In this document: positions 1 through 8,852 of the stretch, piece after piece | Layout of the letters: every line of letters starts with the position of its first letter | Position numbering within the stretch: position 1 is the stretch's first letter | Source of the DNA: Eggerthellaceae bacterium | GTDB taxonomy: Bacteria; Actinomycetota; Coriobacteriia; Coriobacteriales; Eggerthellaceae | Direction of reading: 5' to 3' | Length of the DNA stretch: 64,000 nt | Assembly (NCBI GenBank): GCA_017431165.1 | Contig: JAFRLO010000043.1 | Span: forward strand, 2,797 to 66,796 | The notes under the pieces: generated by a model | Told to the model about the DNA's origin: nothing | The model's input: only the letters and a program-made list of their open reading frames with translations | Databases searched by the model: none | Position numbers and translations under genes: made by a program

Positions 1-209
1 GTATCGCGGATCCACGGGCGATACACGCACAGGATGTTCTTGAGCAGCTGGCTTATAAAATTGCACGATGCGAACGCGATGAGGGCGAACTGCCCCGCGC
101 GCTTACTAACGCACCAGTACACGACGAGCACGAGCACGGCAAGGATGGGTCCGTCGCCGATCTTCGAATAGTACTCGAGAATGGTTTCAACGAAACCGGG
201 AAGAGACAT
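1..209 (-). CDS. PAP2-family phosphatase, N-terminal fragment (gene runs off the window start)
   Basis: Own translation of the minus strand from ATG 209-207: MSLPGFVETILEYYSKIGDGPILAVLVLVVYWCVSKRAGQFALIAFASCNFISQLLKNILCVYRPWIRD. It has a hydrophobic segment plus a KX6RP motif (KNILCVYRP) typical of PAP2 motif 1. No clear SD. Absent from the ORF track because it has no stop in the window. Confidence 0.5.
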   Translation of the reverse strand, partial: MSLPGFVETILEYYSKIGDGPILAVLVLVVYWCVSKRAGQFALIAFASCNFISQLLKNILCVYRPWIRD

Positions 210-275
210 GCGCAGGTCTTGCAGCGTAAGCAGGTAGCTGATATCCATGTGAAACCTCGGACGAGCGAATCGGAC

Positions 276-1691
276 TTACAGGTTGATCTCGACTTCCGAG
301 ATGCTCACATCTGCGAGCAGCGGACGTACCTTGTCGAGAAGCTGCGTAACCTGTTCCGGGCAGCGGCCGATGTAGAGCTTCGGATCGAGGATGGCATCCA
401 TCTCGTCCTTTGAAAGACCGAACTCCTCGTTCTTCGCCAAGCGCTCGAGCAGATCGCACTCCTCGCCGTTCTTCATCTTAGCGGTCGCCTCCATGGAGCA
501 TGTGCGGATGATCTCGTGTAGATCCTGGCGGTTACCACCGCGCTTGACAGCTTCCATCAACAGATTCTCGGTCGCGATGAACGGCAAGTACTCCTTGACC
601 GTACGCTCGACGATCTTCTCGTTGACGTGCAGCCCATCGGTGACGTTCTGTGCGAGGCGCAGGATGGCATCAGCGCATAAAAAGCCCTCGGGCAGCGAGA
701 TGCGCCTGTTGGCGGAGTCATCGAGCGTGCGCTCGAGCCACTGCGTGGATGCGGTCATCGGGGCGTTCATCGCATCGGCCATCAGGTAGCGCGAAAGCGA
801 GCACATGCGCTCGCAGCGCATCGGATTGCGCTTGTAAGCCATGGCGGACGAACCGATCTGATTCTTCTCGAACGGCTCCTCGACCTGACGGTCATGCTGC
901 AGAAGGCGGATGTCGTTGCCCATGCGATAGCAGCTCTGTGCAACAGACGAAAGTGCGTTAAGGATGCGGCTGTCGACCTTGCGCGGATATGTCTGACCGC
1001 ACACGTCGAAGCACTCCGTGAAGCCGAACTCGGCAGCGAGCATGCGGTTCATCTCATCGATCTTCGCGCTATCGCCCTCAAAAAGATCCATGAAGCTCGC
1101 CTCGGTACCCGTCGTGCCACGGCAGCCAAGGAATTTGATGTTCTCAATTGCGAAATCGACTTCATGCAGGTCGGTCCGGAAATCTTGAATCCACAGGCTC
1201 GCGCGCTTGCCCACTGTGACGAGCTGCGCGGGCTGATAGTGCGTGTAGCCGAGCGTGGGCATGTCCTTGTACTCGTCAGCGAACTTCGAGAGATTGCTAA
1301 GCACAGCCAGAATCTGTTCACGCACATACAGAAGCGCATCGCGATACAACACGAGATCCGCGTTGTCGGTCACATAGCAGCTTGTCGCGCCCAGATGGAT
1401 GATACCAGCTGCCGAAGGAGCGACCTTGCCGTATGCGTACACATGCGCCATCACATCGTGGCGCACTTCCTTCTCGCGCTTGGCAACGACATCGTAATCG
1501 ATATCGGTAATATGCTCGGAAAGCTCCTGCACCTGATCTTCTGTAATCGGCAGACCGAGCTTCATCTCGGCTTTCGCAAGCGCAACCCACAGCCTACGCC
1601 ACGTCTGATAGCGCATGTCCGACGAGAACAGATTCAGCATGTACTCGGACGCATAGCGCGAGGACAAGGGAGATTCGTACCGATTCGACAT
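276..1691 (-). CDS. purB: adenylosuccinate lyase
   Basis: ORF 276..1760 trimmed to ATG 1691, which is preceded by AAGGAG. Translation MSNRYESPLSSRYASEYM... and the lyase signature GSSAMAYKRNP. Confidence 0.93.
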   Translation of the reverse strand: MSNRYESPLSSRYASEYMLNLFSSDMRYQTWRRLWVALAKAEMKLGLPITEDQVQELSEHITDIDYDVVAKREKEVRHDVMAHVYAYGKVAPSAAGIIHLGATSCYVTDNADLVLYRDALLYVREQILAVLSNLSKFADEYKDMPTLGYTHYQPAQLVTVGKRASLWIQDFRTDLHEVDFAIENIKFLGCRGTTGTEASFMDLFEGDSAKIDEMNRMLAAEFGFTECFDVCGQTYPRKVDSRILNALSSVAQSCYRMGNDIRLLQHDRQVEEPFEKNQIGSSAMAYKRNPMRCERMCSLSRYLMADAMNAPMTASTQWLERTLDDSANRRISLPEGFLCADAILRLAQNVTDGLHVNEKIVERTVKEYLPFIATENLLMEAVKRGGNRQDLHEIIRTCSMEATAKMKNGEECDLLERLAKNEEFGLSKDEMDAILDPKLYIGRCPEQVTQLLDKVRPLLADVSISEVEINL

Positions 1692-1772
1692 TTTGGTGCT
1701 CCTTTTCACAAGGTCGTTCAACGGATGAGAAGGAAACGGCGCAGGGTTACTGCGCCGCATCGCTTCGCGTGG

Positions 1773-3047
1773 TTATCTGAGGATGATGCTCTCGCGCTCG
1801 GGACCAACGGAAACATACGTTATCGGACAGCCGATGGCCTTCTCGATCATAAGCACGTAATCCTGTGCGGCCTTCGGGAGGTCCTCCCACTGGCGCACGC
1901 TCGAGACATCGCTCTTCCAGCCGTCGACGTATTTGATGACAGGCTTCGCATCGGCGAGGTCCATCGGGAACGGGAAGTAGTCGACCTGTTCGCCGCGCAC
2001 CTCGTAGCGCGTGCATACGGGGATCTTGTCCATATAGCTTAAGACATCGAGCTTCGTGAGGGCGATGGCCGTTGCCGACTGCACCTCCACGCCGTAGCGG
2101 GTGGCCACCAAATCGATCGGTCCCACGCGACGCGGACGGCCGGTCTTCGCACCGTACTCGTGACCTTCCGCTCGCAGCACTTCGGCTTCGTCGCCGAACA
2201 TCTCGCAAACGAAGGGGCCTTCGCCCACGCACGTGGAATATGCCTTCACAACGCCGATGACATCGGTAAGCTTAAGGGAGGGCAGACCCGCACCGATGGG
2301 CGCATACGCCGCGATGGTGTTCGACGAGGTTGTATACGGGATGATGCCGTAATCCAAATCGCGCAATGCTCCGAGCTGCGCTTCGAACAGGACGCGCTTG
2401 CCCTGCTTCTGCGCATCGCGCAAGTATGCGCCGGTATCGCAGACAAACGGCTTGATCTTATCGCAGAAGTTCGCAAGCCATGCCTCCAGGTCCTCCATCG
2501 TGCACGCCGGTGCGCCGTACACCTGCGTTAGCGTGAGGTTCTTCCATTCCATCAAATCCGCAAGGTGTGAACGCAACTCCTCCTCGTAGAAAAGCTCACC
2601 GGCAAGGATGGTCTTCTTCTGGTACTTGTCGGAATAGAATGGCGCGATGCCCTGCTTGGTGGAACCGTACTGCTTGTCGGCAAGACGCGCCTCCTCCAAG
2701 CCATCGAGATCGCGATGCCACGGAAGGAGTAGCGATGCGCGATCGGAGATCTTCAGGTTATCCGGCGTGATGGCGACGCCTTTCGCCGTAACCTCTTGGA
2801 TTTCGGTCCAAAGATTCTCGGGATCGAGCGCTACGCCGTTGCCGAGAATATTGACGACGCCATCGCGGAAGATGCCGGACGGAAGAAGATGCAGCGCGAA
2901 CTCGCCCTTCTCGTTGATGACCGTGTGCCCTGCGTTGCCGCCACCTTGATAGCGGACCACAACATCGAAATCCTCGGTGAGCAAATCGACCATGCGGCCT
3001 TTGCCCTCATCACCCCAGTTGATGCCAACGATCGCACAGTTTTGCAT
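1773..3047 (-). CDS. purA: adenylosuccinate synthetase
   Basis: N-terminus MQNCAIVGINWGDEGKGRMVD and GGGNAGHT motifs. GAAGGAG SD upstream of ATG 3047. Confidence 0.95.
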   Translation of the reverse strand: MQNCAIVGINWGDEGKGRMVDLLTEDFDVVVRYQGGGNAGHTVINEKGEFALHLLPSGIFRDGVVNILGNGVALDPENLWTEIQEVTAKGVAITPDNLKISDRASLLLPWHRDLDGLEEARLADKQYGSTKQGIAPFYSDKYQKKTILAGELFYEEELRSHLADLMEWKNLTLTQVYGAPACTMEDLEAWLANFCDKIKPFVCDTGAYLRDAQKQGKRVLFEAQLGALRDLDYGIIPYTTSSNTIAAYAPIGAGLPSLKLTDVIGVVKAYSTCVGEGPFVCEMFGDEAEVLRAEGHEYGAKTGRPRRVGPIDLVATRYGVEVQSATAIALTKLDVLSYMDKIPVCTRYEVRGEQVDYFPFPMDLADAKPVIKYVDGWKSDVSSVRQWEDLPKAAQDYVLMIEKAIGCPITYVSVGPERESIILR

Positions 3048-3091
3048 GTTGCCAACTCCTTCTATTGCAGGCTTATTAAGCCATCCGTTGG

Positions 3092-3982
3092 TTATTCGAA
3101 ATCACCAAAGGTCTTGCCGCTGATCTGCTCGTAAGCTTCGATATAGATCTTGCTCGTCTGGTCGATGACCTCCTGCGGCAGACGCGGCGGTTCACCCGTG
3201 AAATCCCAGTTGGCGAGCAGCCAATTGCGCACGAACTGCTTGTCGAGGCTTTCCTGCTCCTTGCCTTCCTCGTAAGTTGCCATGGGCCAGAAACGGCTCG
3301 AATCAGGAGTCAAAGCCTCATCGGCCAAGATGATGGCGCCATCGAGCATGCCGAACTCGAACTTCGTGTCGGCAATGATGATACCACGGTCGACTGCGTG
3401 ATCGCGCGCACGCTCGTAAATCGCCAGCGACAGATCACGCAACTGCACTGCATCCGCCTCGCCCAAAAGCTCGATGCATTCCTGGAAGTTCAATGGCATG
3501 TCGTGCTCGCCGATCTCCGCCTTGCTCGTCGGCGTGAAAAGAGGCTCGGGCAGACGCGAGGAATTGACAAGCCCGTCAGGTAACTCGATGCCGCAAATGG
3601 TCTGGCTGCGCTTGTACTCCTTGAAGCCGCTGCCGGCAAGATACCCGCGTACAATGCACTCCACAGGAAACATCGCGACCTTGTGCACGAGCATGAAGCG
3701 GCCGCGCAGATACTCGGCGTATGGCTGGAACTGCTCGGGCAAGTCGGCGACCTTAGCGGAAATCAAATGATTGGGCACCAGGTCTTCCATGAGCTTGAAC
3801 CAGAAGCATGAAAGCTGCGTGAGCACGACACCCTTGTTGGGAATGATGTCGGGAAGGATGTAATCGAATGCGGAGATGCGATCACTCGCCACGATGAGCA
3901 AAGAATCGCCTAAATCGTAGATATCGCGCACCTTTCCCTGGTAATCGGGCTTGATGGGCATTTCGCTGATGATGGCCGCCAT
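3092..3982 (-). CDS. purC: phosphoribosylaminoimidazole-succinocarboxamide (SAICAR) synthase
   Basis: ORF 3092..4348 trimmed to ATG 3982 (MAAIISEMPIKPDYQGKVRDIYDLG..., ASDRISAFD). The 122 upstream codons of the tracked ORF look non-protein-like. Confidence 0.9.
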   Translation of the reverse strand: MAAIISEMPIKPDYQGKVRDIYDLGDSLLIVASDRISAFDYILPDIIPNKGVVLTQLSCFWFKLMEDLVPNHLISAKVADLPEQFQPYAEYLRGRFMLVHKVAMFPVECIVRGYLAGSGFKEYKRSQTICGIELPDGLVNSSRLPEPLFTPTSKAEIGEHDMPLNFQECIELLGEADAVQLRDLSLAIYERARDHAVDRGIIIADTKFEFGMLDGAIILADEALTPDSSRFWPMATYEEGKEQESLDKQFVRNWLLANWDFTGEPPRLPQEVIDQTSKIYIEAYEQISGKTFGDFE

Positions 3983-4004
3983 GATGCATCCTTTCTGGCC
4001 GACT

Positions 4005-4067
4005 GCAAAAGAAGAAAGCGCTCGTTCGAAGCGGGACCCAAAGGGTAGTGCACATCTCGTCGAACGA
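4005..4067 (-). promoter_or_regulatory. hairpin plus U-run in the purC leader (terminator-like, candidate attenuator)
   Basis: On the minus strand, an 8-bp stem TCGTTCGA (4067-4060) / TCGAACGA (4029-4022) encloses an inner ACCC-UUU-GGGU hairpin. It is followed by CUUUCUUCUUUU (4017-4005), about 20 nt before the purC ATG. Confidence 0.3.
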
Positions 4068-4256
4068 CCGCCTTTGTTCACCTTGTATATACAACCCCAA
4101 CGGGGGCATGCTGTCAATGTCGCGGTCGGTAAGATGCGGGTACTGAACGCCCAGGAAAACCCGCAGTCCGAGAATGCGTGCACAAGGCGCGAAATGCATG
4201 TGAAAGAAGATTTGATGCATTGACAGTCGAACGCGTGCTGCGCCGTCAGCAACCGC

Positions 4257-4796
4257 TTATGAGGCAGCCGAAGAACTCCACTTATCGAACGCGTTCCTGT
4301 AGCGGCGTGCAGCCTTTTCGAACCTATCATCCGCATCGCTACGGACATAGCCTGCCTCGATCAGGTGCCCAACGATGCCGTTCATTCGTGCTCCGAGGCC
4401 AGAAAGCTTACACATGACATGCACCCCTCCATCGTTCATGGACTCGGTTCTTCCGGCCATGTTCTCGATGATCAAGGTCAGATTGAAAGTATCTAGGTGC
4501 TCCATCTTCTCCATTTCGTCGAGGAGCCTGCCCAAATACGCTTCGGCATCGCAATTGTCCCTGCGAATGATCTGCACTATGCGCTCATGCGCGACCCAAA
4601 CGCGATCAGGATCGGACCATAGACTACTGAAAACGCCGTCAAGAAGCTCTTCGTCCCATTCTTTCAGGGTTTCCTCCCCAAGATTAAACATCTTGAAGCT
4701 GTTGTATTTGACGGGCTCTTCCCTATCCATGTGAAACGAGGAGCCGTCGTACTGGAAATAGAATCTCTTGGCGTCTTCCGGCGTCATTACGTGCAC
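4257..4796 (-). CDS. hypothetical protein (179 aa, cytoplasmic, no motif recognised)
   Basis: Intact ORF, protein-like composition, 9 nt downstream of the methyltransferase gene stop. The start may be 4796 or 4787. Confidence 0.6.
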   Translation of the reverse strand: MHVMTPEDAKRFYFQYDGSSFHMDREEPVKYNSFKMFNLGEETLKEWDEELLDGVFSSLWSDPDRVWVAHERIVQIIRRDNCDAEAYLGRLLDEMEKMEHLDTFNLTLIIENMAGRTESMNDGGVHVMCKLSGLGARMNGIVGHLIEAGYVRSDADDRFEKAARRYRNAFDKWSSSAAS

Positions 4797-4805
4797 CCTT
4801 CTGAA

Positions 4806-5996
4806 TTACCGCCGCAGCAAAGCAACCGTCTCGACATGCTTCGTATGCGGGAACATGTCGACCGGCTGGACAGCATCGAGCGTATATCCACGCTGTGCCA
4901 GATACGCGAGATCACGCACTTGTGTCTGCGGATTGCACGATATGTAGACCACCCGCGATGGAGCAAGCATTGACGTTGCGTCAAGGAATTCGGGTGTGGA
5001 GCCCGCACGCGGCGGGTCCATGAACAAAAGATCAACCTCCTCGCCCACCGCTGCCCGCTCGCGCATGAACCGAGTGGCATCCGCAACGATGAACTGCGCG
5101 TTCTCGATGCCGTTATGACGCGCGTTCTGACGCGCGTCCGCTATGGCCGACTCCACCGAATCGACTCCTATGACCTGCGCCCCGCTGCGTTTGGCAGCCA
5201 CGAGACCGATCGTTCCGGTGCCGCAATAGGCATCGATAACGGTGTGCGCATCTTGAAGCCCTGCAAACGTCATGGCGGTTTCGTACAACACTTCGGTCTG
5301 CACGGCATTGACCTGGTAAAACGATTGAGAGGAAATGCGGAAGCTCAGACCGCACAGCGTATCGAGGATGAACCCCGGCCCGTAGAGCGTGCGCTCCTGC
5401 TGTCCGAGAATGACATTCGTCGAACTCGTATTGATGTTCTGCACGACTGTCGTGATAGCCGGGCATCGCTTGACGAGTTCGCGGCAGAACGCCTTCGATG
5501 AAGGGAACTCTTCACCATTCGTTACGATAGTCACGAGCATTTCACCCGAAGCATGGCCGACGCGGATGACGGCGTGGCGGATGAAACCTTGACCGGTATC
5601 CTCGTTGTACGGCTCCATGCCATGCTTGAGCATGATGGAGCGGATCGCCTGCACCACCTGGTTGGCGGCTTTGTTCTCAACCAAACAGCCACGTGTATCG
5701 ACGAGCTGGTGAGAATGCGGTGCATACATGCCCGTAAGGATGTCGCTCCTTTTCCCTTTCGCGTTGCGGCGGCCTTTCTCAGGAGCGAACGGAGAAGCGA
5801 CTTTATTGCGATAGCGGTACGGATCGCCCATGCCGAGAATCGGTTGGATAGCACTGGCGTCAACGATGTCGGAGAACAATTCCTTCACGTAGACGTCTTT
5901 GGCCGCCAACTGCTCCGCATAGGGCACATTGATGCTCTGACATGCCCCGCAGCGCTCGGCAACTGGGCAAACCTGCATGAATCCCTCACTGCTCAT
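4806..5996 (-). CDS. 23S rRNA (uracil-5-)-methyltransferase, TrmA/RlmD (RumA) family
   Basis: N-terminal Cys cluster CPVAERCGACQ, SAM motif VIDAYCGTGTIGL, DPPRAG, catalytic VYISCNPQT, C-terminal VDMFPHTKHVETV. Confidence 0.88.
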   Translation of the reverse strand: MSSEGFMQVCPVAERCGACQSINVPYAEQLAAKDVYVKELFSDIVDASAIQPILGMGDPYRYRNKVASPFAPEKGRRNAKGKRSDILTGMYAPHSHQLVDTRGCLVENKAANQVVQAIRSIMLKHGMEPYNEDTGQGFIRHAVIRVGHASGEMLVTIVTNGEEFPSSKAFCRELVKRCPAITTVVQNINTSSTNVILGQQERTLYGPGFILDTLCGLSFRISSQSFYQVNAVQTEVLYETAMTFAGLQDAHTVIDAYCGTGTIGLVAAKRSGAQVIGVDSVESAIADARQNARHNGIENAQFIVADATRFMRERAAVGEEVDLLFMDPPRAGSTPEFLDATSMLAPSRVVYISCNPQTQVRDLAYLAQRGYTLDAVQPVDMFPHTKHVETVALLRR

Positions 5997-6011
5997 ACGC
6001 TGCCGAATAGC

Positions 6012-6908
6012 CTAATCGCGCGCGGGAATACGACTCTCGCACGGAACGCCTGCCTGACACTTCCCACACCCGAAATACGGCGGCGCAACCGTGCGCTTGG
6101 TCTGCTCCAAAAACACCCAACACGGAATCTGTTGCTTGCCTCCCTCGACGCTGATCGCGTTCACCGGGCAATGTTTCGCACACGCTCCGCAGCGGTTGCA
6201 ATAATCGTATAAGCCCTCGTACGGACGCTTCGTGAAAGCGAGAGGTGCATTGGTCACGATTGTGCCGACACGCCCCGAAATGCCTTTCTCGGTGATGATT
6301 CCACGTGAGAGAGCGAAAGTCCCGAGCCCGCATACGTAGGCAACATGACGTTCGGACCAATTGCTGCGGAACGACTTTTCGAGGATGATCTGCCCTTCTT
6401 CATCGCGAATATCATCGACAGCTTTGAACCTCGGATCAAGTGACGGCACGACCGCCTTGAAACCGCGCTGCTTAAGCCAATCAACGATGAATTCGCAAGC
6501 CGCGAACACCACACGCTGCCCATCGATACGACCGTGCAGCCATGCGCCTGACGGAAAGCCGTCGATTTCGCGATTTGACGCCTTTACGGTCTCCGAAAAC
6601 GGCGCGAAGAAGGAGATGACGCTCAGTGCTTCGGGAAGCCATTCCATCGGCGCCATGAATTGAGGCCCCACTGCTTGAGGCTGCTTCTGCACTTCGAAAA
6701 GAGGGTCGGATGCATCACCGAACGCGAAGACGCAATCATCGATAAGCCGAGCCCCATCGAGTCCGGTTTGCAACACGGAATTAGCTGGTACGGCATTTAG
6801 GGGAGATGTGCGCACGAACTCGTTTACCGCGTCCATCAGCTCTTCGGTAAAAACACTCCTGATAGCGTCGGATAGTCTCATTGGGCCACAGCACATTGGT
6901 CTGCACAC
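6012..6908 (-). CDS. 4Fe-4S protein of the epoxyqueuosine-reductase/reductive-dehalogenase-like type
   Basis: C-terminal CNRCGACAKHCP ... C ... GCGKCQAGVPC arrangement (two cluster motifs). The start is uncertain (GTG 6908, ATG 6896 or ATG 6881). Confidence 0.5.
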   Translation of the reverse strand: MCRPMCCGPMRLSDAIRSVFTEELMDAVNEFVRTSPLNAVPANSVLQTGLDGARLIDDCVFAFGDASDPLFEVQKQPQAVGPQFMAPMEWLPEALSVISFFAPFSETVKASNREIDGFPSGAWLHGRIDGQRVVFAACEFIVDWLKQRGFKAVVPSLDPRFKAVDDIRDEEGQIILEKSFRSNWSERHVAYVCGLGTFALSRGIITEKGISGRVGTIVTNAPLAFTKRPYEGLYDYCNRCGACAKHCPVNAISVEGGKQQIPCWVFLEQTKRTVAPPYFGCGKCQAGVPCESRIPARD

Positions 6909-6942
6909 TCCGTCCCTACGCGTTGGATACAGTGGAAAACGG

Positions 6943-7509
6943 TTACGCGGTCCATCCTTGCATTGGATCGTTCATCGTCGCAAACATATAATCACGGCGA
7001 TACCTATATGCCTCAACGGCTATGATGATCAACAGGACAAGCGAGATCAAGCGACCGACGAACAGCGAGAAGACCGCAGCGACAATCGCCCAAATGAGCA
7101 CGGCTTGCATTTTCTCTGGCCTATTCCATCTTGTGATACCCAAGATACCCGCAACAAGAGAGAACGCACCCGCGATCATGCACAAGAACGAAATAAGGCC
7201 TGCAAGCACGAGCATGATTCCCGCGAAATCGTAGGCTGCACCCCTGCTTATCTCGATACCACCGAATTCATCGATATCGATTCCTAACGCTTTAAGTTCC
7301 CTGAGCTCAGAAGGTGATAAACCGAGGTCGTCAACATCGATTCGTCCTGAATAGATTGAATCAGAAGAAGAGACATAGTCATCCGAAGCAGCGCTGATGG
7401 CCAGCATGCCCATCAGTCCACCGAGGACCAATGTCCCAACAAGCGACAGAGCCGCAAGGATGGTGACTGCAATGCTCAATCCGCGGATGGTTCTTCCGGT
7501 TTCAGACAT
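6943..7509 (-). CDS. hypothetical membrane protein (about 4 TM segments)
   Basis: ORF 6943..7539 trimmed to ATG 7509, which is preceded by GGAAGGAAGG. Hydrophobic segments flank an acidic Ser/Asp-rich loop. Confidence 0.65.
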   Translation of the reverse strand: MSETGRTIRGLSIAVTILAALSLVGTLVLGGLMGMLAISAASDDYVSSSDSIYSGRIDVDDLGLSPSELRELKALGIDIDEFGGIEISRGAAYDFAGIMLVLAGLISFLCMIAGAFSLVAGILGITRWNRPEKMQAVLIWAIVAAVFSLFVGRLISLVLLIIIAVEAYRYRRDYMFATMNDPMQGWTA

Positions 7510-7552
7510 TTTGGCGCCTTCCTTCCTTTTTCCCAGCATTTTTCACACGCGT

Positions 7553-7558
7553 ATTATA
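7553..7558 (-). promoter_or_regulatory. candidate -10 box (TATAAT) for the 6943..7509 gene
   Basis: Perfect TATAAT on the minus strand, 44 nt upstream of the ATG. No convincing -35. Confidence 0.3.
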
Positions 7559-7598
7559 TCGCGAATCATAGTCGAGTTCGGAAACCGCACGAATCGTC

Positions 7599-8825
7599 CT
7601 AAAGCTTGCGACGATAATCCTTGTTCGTACGGCCACCATGTACAGCCTGAACAGCGATAACGATGACCAAAGCCGCATAGGCAAGCGCCATCAATGCCAC
7701 GGCAAAACATACGGAAGATCCCAAAACCAGATATGCGAGGATACCAAGCGCCATGCCCGCATAGCACAAGCACACCGCAACAACGCACGAACGTGCAGGC
7801 GAAATCCCGCTGGCCATCAAGTCGATGAAAATATATGAGACCCCGTACACATTAAGCAGCGCAAACGAGAAGAAATTGCACATACGCACGATCATGCGCG
7901 CATCGTTTCCCCAAAGGGCAGACATGAATGCACCGGCGAGCACAGTGCATGCTGCTACAACCAAAACAACGCGCATTGGCTGACGCTCGTCACGCCCTTG
8001 ATAAGAAATCGAAGTGGCAAAGCGTCCGACGATGAAAACCACCACAACGGCAATCAGATAGCTCACCGGCTTCGCAAACGCAACAGGCAATTCCATTTCT
8101 AGCGTGTTCGACCAATATGCTGCCCCCGTCATGAAGAACCCTAAGACAAGAGCGCAGCCTGATTCCATGGCATGCCATCTTCCCATATGGCTTGAAGCGG
8201 AATATACGAACGACTCGAAAGACGTAAGTGCTGCTCGAACCTCCAAGCGATTTCGATTGGCAGATGAACGCTTGAGAGCTTCCCTATCGCGGTCCTTGTC
8301 GCGCGTTGAAATACCTTCTACAACCGCAGCGACGCCTGCGCACGCTGTGCACAACGCCAAACCCATGCATACGGGAACGAATCCGTTCAACAAACGGAGT
8401 ACGAACCAGATAATAGCCATGAGCAGCATCGAACACGCTATAGTAGGCAGCACATCTTCCCGTGGAAAGCGGCTAAAGCACCACGCCCATTGCCCAAGCA
8501 TTCCGACCGTACCGAGGCCTATGAGCACCCCGCCGATTGTGGCGCAAAAGGATACTTCGACATTCGTGCCCATCCACGCTACGAAAATGCCAACGAGGCT
8601 CACGATAGTCCACAGTATGGCCCGCGCGATACGCCCCGAAGCCACTTGACGCGTGAACACAAGCAATAAACAGCTGATAAGCGCGCCGATGGCAAAACTC
8701 CCAAGAAGGATTTCAGCACAGCCAGCAATCGCGTAAAAGCCGATGAACGCGTTATCGGCACGACAAAAGAGCGCTATGACAGCGAAGGTAAAAGCAGATG
8801 TAAGGCCTAGCGGCTTAACGCTCAT
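7599..8825 (-). CDS. hypothetical polytopic membrane protein (about 12 TM segments)
   Basis: ORF 7599..8834 trimmed to ATG 8825 (AGGTGA 5 nt upstream). Hydrophobic throughout, with one charged central loop (STRDKDRDREALKRSSANRNR). Confidence 0.65.
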   Translation of the reverse strand: MSVKPLGLTSAFTFAVIALFCRADNAFIGFYAIAGCAEILLGSFAIGALISCLLLVFTRQVASGRIARAILWTIVSLVGIFVAWMGTNVEVSFCATIGGVLIGLGTVGMLGQWAWCFSRFPREDVLPTIACSMLLMAIIWFVLRLLNGFVPVCMGLALCTACAGVAAVVEGISTRDKDRDREALKRSSANRNRLEVRAALTSFESFVYSASSHMGRWHAMESGCALVLGFFMTGAAYWSNTLEMELPVAFAKPVSYLIAVVVVFIVGRFATSISYQGRDERQPMRVVLVVAACTVLAGAFMSALWGNDARMIVRMCNFFSFALLNVYGVSYIFIDLMASGISPARSCVVAVCLCYAGMALGILAYLVLGSSVCFAVALMALAYAALVIVIAVQAVHGGRTNKDYRRKL

Positions 8826-8852
8826 CACTATCACCTAGGTGAATCTATCGTA

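Noticed and set aside
3983-4256. Purine, ZTP (pfl) or PRPP riboswitch upstream of purC
   Set aside because: I looked for the cores as I remember them: UAUA...GGAUAUGG...CCGUAAA for purine, GACUGGCG...ACCGGGG...CGCCUGGGC for ZTP, and ykkC-type GGGA/ACACGG elements. Only fragmentary resemblances turned up (GGACUGCGGG..CCUGGGCG, too closely spaced). It is kept only as an unclassified structured leader.
3983-4348. 122-codon N-terminal extension of the tracked purC ORF (3092..4348)
   Set aside because: The extension is Cys/Arg/Ser-rich and not protein-like, and it overlaps the preceding gene. SAICAR synthase homology starts at the SD-less but family-consistent MAAIISEMPIK (ATG 3982). The same logic was used to trim many other tracked ORFs to SD-preceded internal starts.
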